Both the position numbers and the translations under genes were made by a program. The notes beneath the pieces were generated by a model, which saw only the letters and a program-made list of their open reading frames with translations, was not told the DNA's origin and did no database searches. From an uncultured Acidobacteriaceae bacterium (GTDB taxonomy: Bacteria > Acidobacteriota > Terriglobia > Terriglobales > Acidobacteriaceae), in contig CAWABC010000055.1 of the NCBI GenBank assembly GCA_963780105.1, positions 3,015 to 67,014 of the forward strand: a stretch of DNA of 64,000 nucleotides, given 5' to 3'. Position 1 is the stretch's first letter. Each line of letters opens with the position of its first letter. Shown piece by piece: positions 60,043 to 64,000 of this stretch.

Positions 60043-61019
60043 ATGGCCAAACCCAAAGTGGCGTTTTACTGGTGCGCAAGCTGCGGCGGCTGCGAAGAGG
60101 CCGTCGTCGATCTCGCCGAAGGACATCCTGAAGGTCGTGGAGGCCGTGGACATCGTCTTCTGGCCGGTGGCGCTCGACTTCAAGCGCTCCGATGTCGAGG
60201 CGATGGCCGGACGGCGAAATCGCCGTCGCTTTCATCAACGGCGCGGTTCGCATCGAGCGAGCAGGAAGCGATGGCCAAGCTGCTGCGCCGGAAGTCGGGA
60301 CTGGTCATTGCCTACGGCGCCTGCGCCTACCTAGGGGGGCATTCCCGGCCTCGCCAACCTGACGGACAAGGAGGCGATCCTGGAATTACGTCTACCACCT
60401 CTCGCCCTCGACAACCAACGGCACCGGCGTGCGCCCGCAGACGCACTTCCAGGTTCCCGAGGGCGAACTGGAGTTGCCGGAGTTCTACGAGACCGTCAAG
60501 ACGCTCGATCAGGTCATCGACGTCGACTACTACCTTCCCGGCTGCCCGCCTACGCCGAAGATCACGCTTGCAGGCGATCGAGGCCATTCTGAGCGGGAAG
60601 CTGCCTGAAAAGGGCTCGGTGCTCGCGGGCGACCGCGCGCTCTGCTACGAGTGCGACTTGAACTCCACCAAGCCCGAGAAGCTGCTGGTCACGGAATTGA
60701 AGCGGCCGCACCAGGTGCTTGATCGACCGCGAGAAATGCCTGCTGGCGCAGGGGATTCTCTGCCTGGGCCCCGTCACGCGCGGCGGCTGCGAGGCGCTGT
60801 GCGTCAAGGGCGGCATGCCCTGCACCGGCTGCTTCGGGCCGCTCGAACGCGTGCGCGACTACGGCGGCAAGGCGCTTTCGGCCATCGCCTCCATCGTGGA
60901 TTCCACCGACGAGACAGGTCATCGCCAAGGTTTTCGAAGCCGTCCCCGATCCGGCGGGGACGTTCTATCGGTACAGCGTGCCGGCATCGTTGCTGGCCGG
61001 AAAGCGCAAAGCTGCATAG
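60043..61019 (+). pseudogene. mvhG: [NiFe] hydrogenase small subunit (MvhG-like); eight +1 disruptions near 60120, 60209, 60258, 60338, 60383, 60570, 60717, 60914
   Basis: AAGGGAAGGAG RBS. MAKPKVAFYWCASCGGCEEAVVDLAE | DILKVVEAVDIVFWPVALDFKRSDVEAMA | DGEIAVAFINGAVRIE | EQEAMAKLLRRKSGLVIAYGACAYLGG | IPGLANLTDKEAIL | NYVYHLSP...DYYLPGCPPTPKITL | QAIEAILSGKLPEKG...KRPHQV | LIDREKCLLAQGILCLGPVTRGGCEALCVKGGMPCTGCFGP...STDE | QVIAKVFEAVPDPAGTFYRYSVPASLLAGKRKAA*. Confidence 0.8.
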
Positions 61020-61028
61020 AGGTGCGTC

Positions 61029-62501
61029 ATGGCTCAGAGAATCACGATTGATCCCATCACCCGGCTGGAAGGCCACGGCAAGATCGAGATCTTTCTCGAC
61101 GACAGCTGGCAAGGTGAGCCGCGCCTACTTCCAGGTGCCGGAGTTGCGCGGCTTCGAGCAGTTCGTCGTCGGACGGCCCGCCGAGGAGATGCCGCAGATC
61201 ACCTCGCGCATCTGCGGCGTTTGTCCCACGGCGCATCACATGGCGAGCCACCAAGGCGCTGGACGATCTTTACCAGGTCGATCCGCCGCCCGTCGCCAAG
61301 AAGCTGCGGGAGATGATCTACAGCATCTTCATGCTCGAAGACCACGCGCTGCACTTCTACTTCCTGGGCGGGCCGGATTTCGTCGTCGGGCCCAAGGCCC
61401 CCAAGGCCGAGCGCAACATCCTGGGCGTGCTCGGCAAGGTCGGCGTGGAAGTGGGCAAGCGGGTCATCGGCATGCGCAAAGAATTGCGCGACCTGATCAG
61501 CCTGCCTGGGCGGCAAGGTGATTCACCCGGTGTTCGGCTTGCCGGGTGGCGTTGCCAAGCCCCTGGCACCGGCCGATCAGCCGAAGTTCATCGAGGCGGC
61601 CAAGCGCGGCGTGGATTTTGCCCTGTTCACGCTGACCGTTTTTGACCAGAGTCGTCCTGAAAAACAAGGAATACGTGGACGCGATCACCTCGGAGATGTA
61701 CACGCACCGCACCTATTACATGGGCTTGGTGGACGAGCAAGAACCGCGTCAACTTCTACGACGGCCGTATTCGCGTCGTCGACCCGCAGGGCAAGGAGTT
61801 TGGCGTCTTCACGGCGCGCGAGTATCTGGACTCGATCGCCGAGCACGTCGAGCCGTGGAGCTACATCAAGTTTCCGTATTTGAAGAAGATCGGCTGGAAG
61901 GGTTTCGTGGATGGGCGCGGATTCGGGCATCTTCAGCGTGGCGCCGCTGGCGCGACTGAACGCCGCGGACGGCATGGCCACCCGCGCGCCCACGAGGCCT
62001 ACGAGCAGCTCTTCGCCACGCTGGGCGGCAAGCCCGTGCACCACACGCTGGCCTTCCACTGGGCGCGGGTCGTGGAAATGATCTATGCGGCGGAGCGATT
62101 CCTCGAGCTCGCGAGCGATCCGGAGATCGTCGACCCGAACGTTCGCGACGCTGCCCACCGCGCGTTCCCAAGGTCGGCATGGGCGTGGTGGAAGCGCCGC
62201 GCGGCACGCTCTTCCATCACTACGAGACCGACGAGGCGGGCGTGATCACCGCGCGCCAACCTCATCGTCGCCACGCAGAACAACGCCGCGCGCATCGCCC
62301 TTTCCGTGGACAAGGCGGCGACGGGCGCTGATCAATGCCACGACGGCCAACGACGACGGCCTGCTCAACATGGTGGAGATGGCCTTCCGCGCCTACGACC
62401 CTTGCCACGGCTGCGGCACGCACTCGCTGCCCGGGTCGATGCCGCTCAAGATTTCGATTCGCGACGCAGAGGGCCGTCTGATTCGGGAGATCTCGAGGTA
62501 G
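61029..62501 (+). pseudogene. mvhA: [NiFe] hydrogenase large subunit (MvhA-like); about ten disruptions near 61107, 61249, 61504, 61650, 61741, 61919 (+1 each), 61982 (-1), 62140-62165 (net -1 or two +1), 62254, 62321 (+1 each)
   Basis: MAQRITIDPITRLEGHGKIEIFLDDS | GKVSRAYFQVPELRGFEQFVVGRPAEEMPQITSRICGVCPTAHHMAS | TKALDDLYQV...FMLEDHALHFYFLGGPDF... | LGGKVIHPVFGLPGGVAK... | VVLKNKEY... | NRVNFYDGRIRVVDPQGKEF... | DSGIFSVAPLARLNAADGMAT | PRAHEAYEQLF... VGMGVVEAPRGTLFHHYETDEAGVIT | ANLIVATQNNAARIA... | ALINAT...MVEMAFRAYDPCHGCGTHSLPG...*. Confidence 0.85.
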
Positions 62502-62565
62502 GGAGTAACGATTCCTTTTCTCCTTGAGGCCTGCCGGGGTAGGCCGCGACCGCGACGCAAAAGAC

Positions 62566-63051
62566 ATGCCTGAATCGACGCAGTCCATTCTCGTACTGGG
62601 ACTCGGCAACGACCTGCTGAAAGACGATGCCGTGGGGATTCGCGTCGCGGAGAGACTTCAGGGGACTTTCGGGGAAGACGTCGAGGTCCGTTCGACCTCG
62701 CTCTTTGGATTGTCGCTGCTGGATGAGTTGCTAGGCCGTGAGAAGGCGCTGTTAATCGACAGCTACCTTCCGGAGGAGTTTGTCGGGTCGGAGATTCAGG
62801 AGCGCAACCTTGATTCGGTCGGCGAAGCCTGCGGCGTCTCTCCCCACTTCGTCGGCTTGGGCGAAGTGCGCAACGTCATGCGAAAGCTTGGCCTCGGCTT
62901 TCCCCACGAGGTGCGCATCCTGGCCATCCCCGTCTCCGACCCGACGACTTTCTCCACCGAGATGACCCCTGCCGTCGCCGCCCTCGTCGACGAAGCCGCC
63001 GCCCGCGCCCGCCGGATCGTCGAGGCGTGGCTCCCCGTCAGCGCTCGCTAG
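62566..63051 (+). CDS. hydrogenase maturation endopeptidase (HycI/FrhD/HoxW type), intact
   Basis: The ATG at 62566 gives MPESTQSILVLGLGNDLLKDDAVGIRVAERL (GxGNxxxxDDxxG). A later motif is SPHFVGLGEV (His). Confidence 0.8.
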   Translation: MPESTQSILVLGLGNDLLKDDAVGIRVAERLQGTFGEDVEVRSTSLFGLSLLDELLGREKALLIDSYLPEEFVGSEIQERNLDSVGEACGVSPHFVGLGEVRNVMRKLGLGFPHEVRILAIPVSDPTTFSTEMTPAVAALVDEAAARARRIVEAWLPVSAR

Positions 63052-63107
63052 TGTAGTGCGTCATAAAGATATTGACTTATTCTCGGCCTTCGGGTATCCT
63101 GCTGTCC

Positions 63108-64000
63108 ATGAGCCGAAGAGCCGAACCAATTCTTCTTTCTGAACAGGAGCGTAGCACCTTGCGAGCGTGGGCCAGAGCCAGAAGCCAGCCGCAGCGCCTC
63201 GTTCAGCGGGCCCAGATCATCCTGCTGGCCGCCGAGGGAGTCGAGAACCAGGAGATCGCCCGCCGCGTGCATGCCTCGCGACCGACGGTGCAACTCTGGC
63301 GTGGGCGGTTTCTGGCCCTGCGCACCGCCGGTTTGGAGAAGGACGCTCCTCGTCCCGGCCGCATCCCGGCCATCAGCGACCGGAAGAGGGCGGCGATTGT
63401 GGAAGCGACGCTGCACCGCCAACCGTCCAACGCTACCCACTGGAGTAGCCGGTTGATGGCCAAAGCGCAAGGCGTCAGCGAAGCGACCGTGCGGCGAATC
63501 TGGAGGCAGCACAGCTTGAGGCCGCACCGCCTGTCGACGTTCAAGGTAAGTCGCGATCCCCGGTTCGTGGAAAAGCTCACCGAGGTCGTGGGCCTTTATC
63601 TCAACCCGCCCGATAAGGCGCTGGTGCTGTGCGTGGATGAAAAGAGCCAGATTCAAGCTCTCGACCGCACCCAACCGGGTCTGCCGCTGCGACCCGGCCG
63701 CTGCGGCACGATGACGCACGACTACACGCGCCACGGCACCACCACCTTGTTCGCAGCTCTCTCGACCCTCGATGGCGCCGTCATCGGGGACTGCATGCCG
63801 CAGCACCGGCATCAGGAATTCACCCGCTTCCTCAAGCGCATCGATCAGCAGACACCCAGCGGACTGGACTTGCACCTCATCGTGGATAACTACGCGACCC
63901 ACAAGCATCCTGGTGTCGAGCGTTGGTTGCGCCGCCACCCGCGCTTTCACCTGCACTTTACTCCCACGTCCTGTTCCTGGCTCAATTTGGTCGAACGCTG
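63108..64000 (+). mobile_element. IS630-family transposase gene (3' end runs off the window)
   Basis: Own translation from the ATG at 63108: MSRRAEPILLSEQERSTLRAWARARSQPQRLVQRAQIILLAAEGVENQEIARRV...THWSSRLMAKAQGVSEATVRRIWRQHSLRPHR...LVLCVDEKSQIQALDRTQP...HLIVDNYATHKHPGVERWLRRHPRFHLHFTPTSCSWLNLVER. It shows the HTH plus DDE pattern of IS630/Tc1-like transposases. It is absent from the ORF track because there is no stop in the window. Confidence 0.85.

Noticed and set aside
59512-61521. A single 669-aa ORF that could be read as an MvhD-MvhG-MvhA fusion protein.
   Set aside because: Only short stretches of this frame are hydrogenase-like and the rest is Arg/Pro/Ser-rich filler. Separate RBS-ATG starts exist at 60043 and 61029. 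The open frame is a by-product of high G+C plus frame disruptions.
57518-62501. Selenocysteine recoding or programmed ribosomal frameshifting as the explanation for the interrupted hdrA/mvh genes.
   Set aside because: - The interruptions are frame changes, not in-frame TGA codons at conserved Cys positions.
- There are far too many of them, with no shared slippery heptamer or downstream structure that I could see.
63048-63956. 302-aa minus-strand ORF.
   Set aside because: It is antisense to the IS630 transposase frame, which carries clear HTH and DDE-type motifs. The minus ORF has none.

Overview
High-G+C bacterial chromosomal segment. It is most consistent with an Acidobacteriota-type genome; this is an inference from a CarboxypepD_reg-type TonB-dependent receptor, many secreted peptidases, futalosine menaquinone genes and recurrent intergenic palindromes. 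No G+C value was computed and no database was searched. All calls come from reading the sequence and the ORF track.

Positions 1 to 48.8 kb hold ordinary, almost entirely intact genes:
- Housekeeping: hisS, aspS, cmk, mutL, panE, dprA-topA, bioY, and mqnD/mqnA/mqnC (dispersed).
- Envelope and transport: a TonB-dependent receptor and a TonB protein, one SSS transporter and one APC transporter.
- Secreted or metallo-peptidases: M1, S1, M48 and M49-like.
- Three NTF2/DUF4440-like paralogs.
- A GT2 processive synthase next to a GAF-HD-GYP protein.

Small accessory features interrupt this part:
- A tRNA-like 3' fragment followed by a visibly lower-G+C islet carrying a secreted serine protease and an antitoxin with a decayed toxin.
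- A four-helix-bundle (23S-IVS-type) gene cassette, flanked by 23-bp inverted repeats, sitting between dprA and topA.
- A decayed methyltransferase remnant.
- Two families of palindromic REP-like elements, plus several short tandem 'word' repeats in spacers.

Positions 48.8 to 63.1 kb are different in character. The segment starts where a transketolase gene is cut off after about 215 codons and is followed by an unrelated dehydrogenase-like stub. It ends at an IS630-family transposase. In between lies a co-directional redox cluster: hdrC-like, hdrB-like, a soluble HdrD-like FeS/CCG protein, etfB, etfA, a membrane-anchored HdrE/D-like FeS oxidoreductase, hdrA, mvhD, mvhG, mvhA ([NiFe] hydrogenase) and a hydrogenase maturation protease.

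As sequenced, most genes of this segment carry single-nucleotide frame disruptions. I count about 38, mostly +1, and they fall in two patches. etfBA, the first 1.5 kb of the membrane gene, the protease and the transposase are intact. The cluster is the most interesting content of the window. The frame disruptions must be resolved (assembly or polishing error versus real decay) before any biological claim is made. Disruption coordinates were placed by hand and are good to roughly +/-5 nt.
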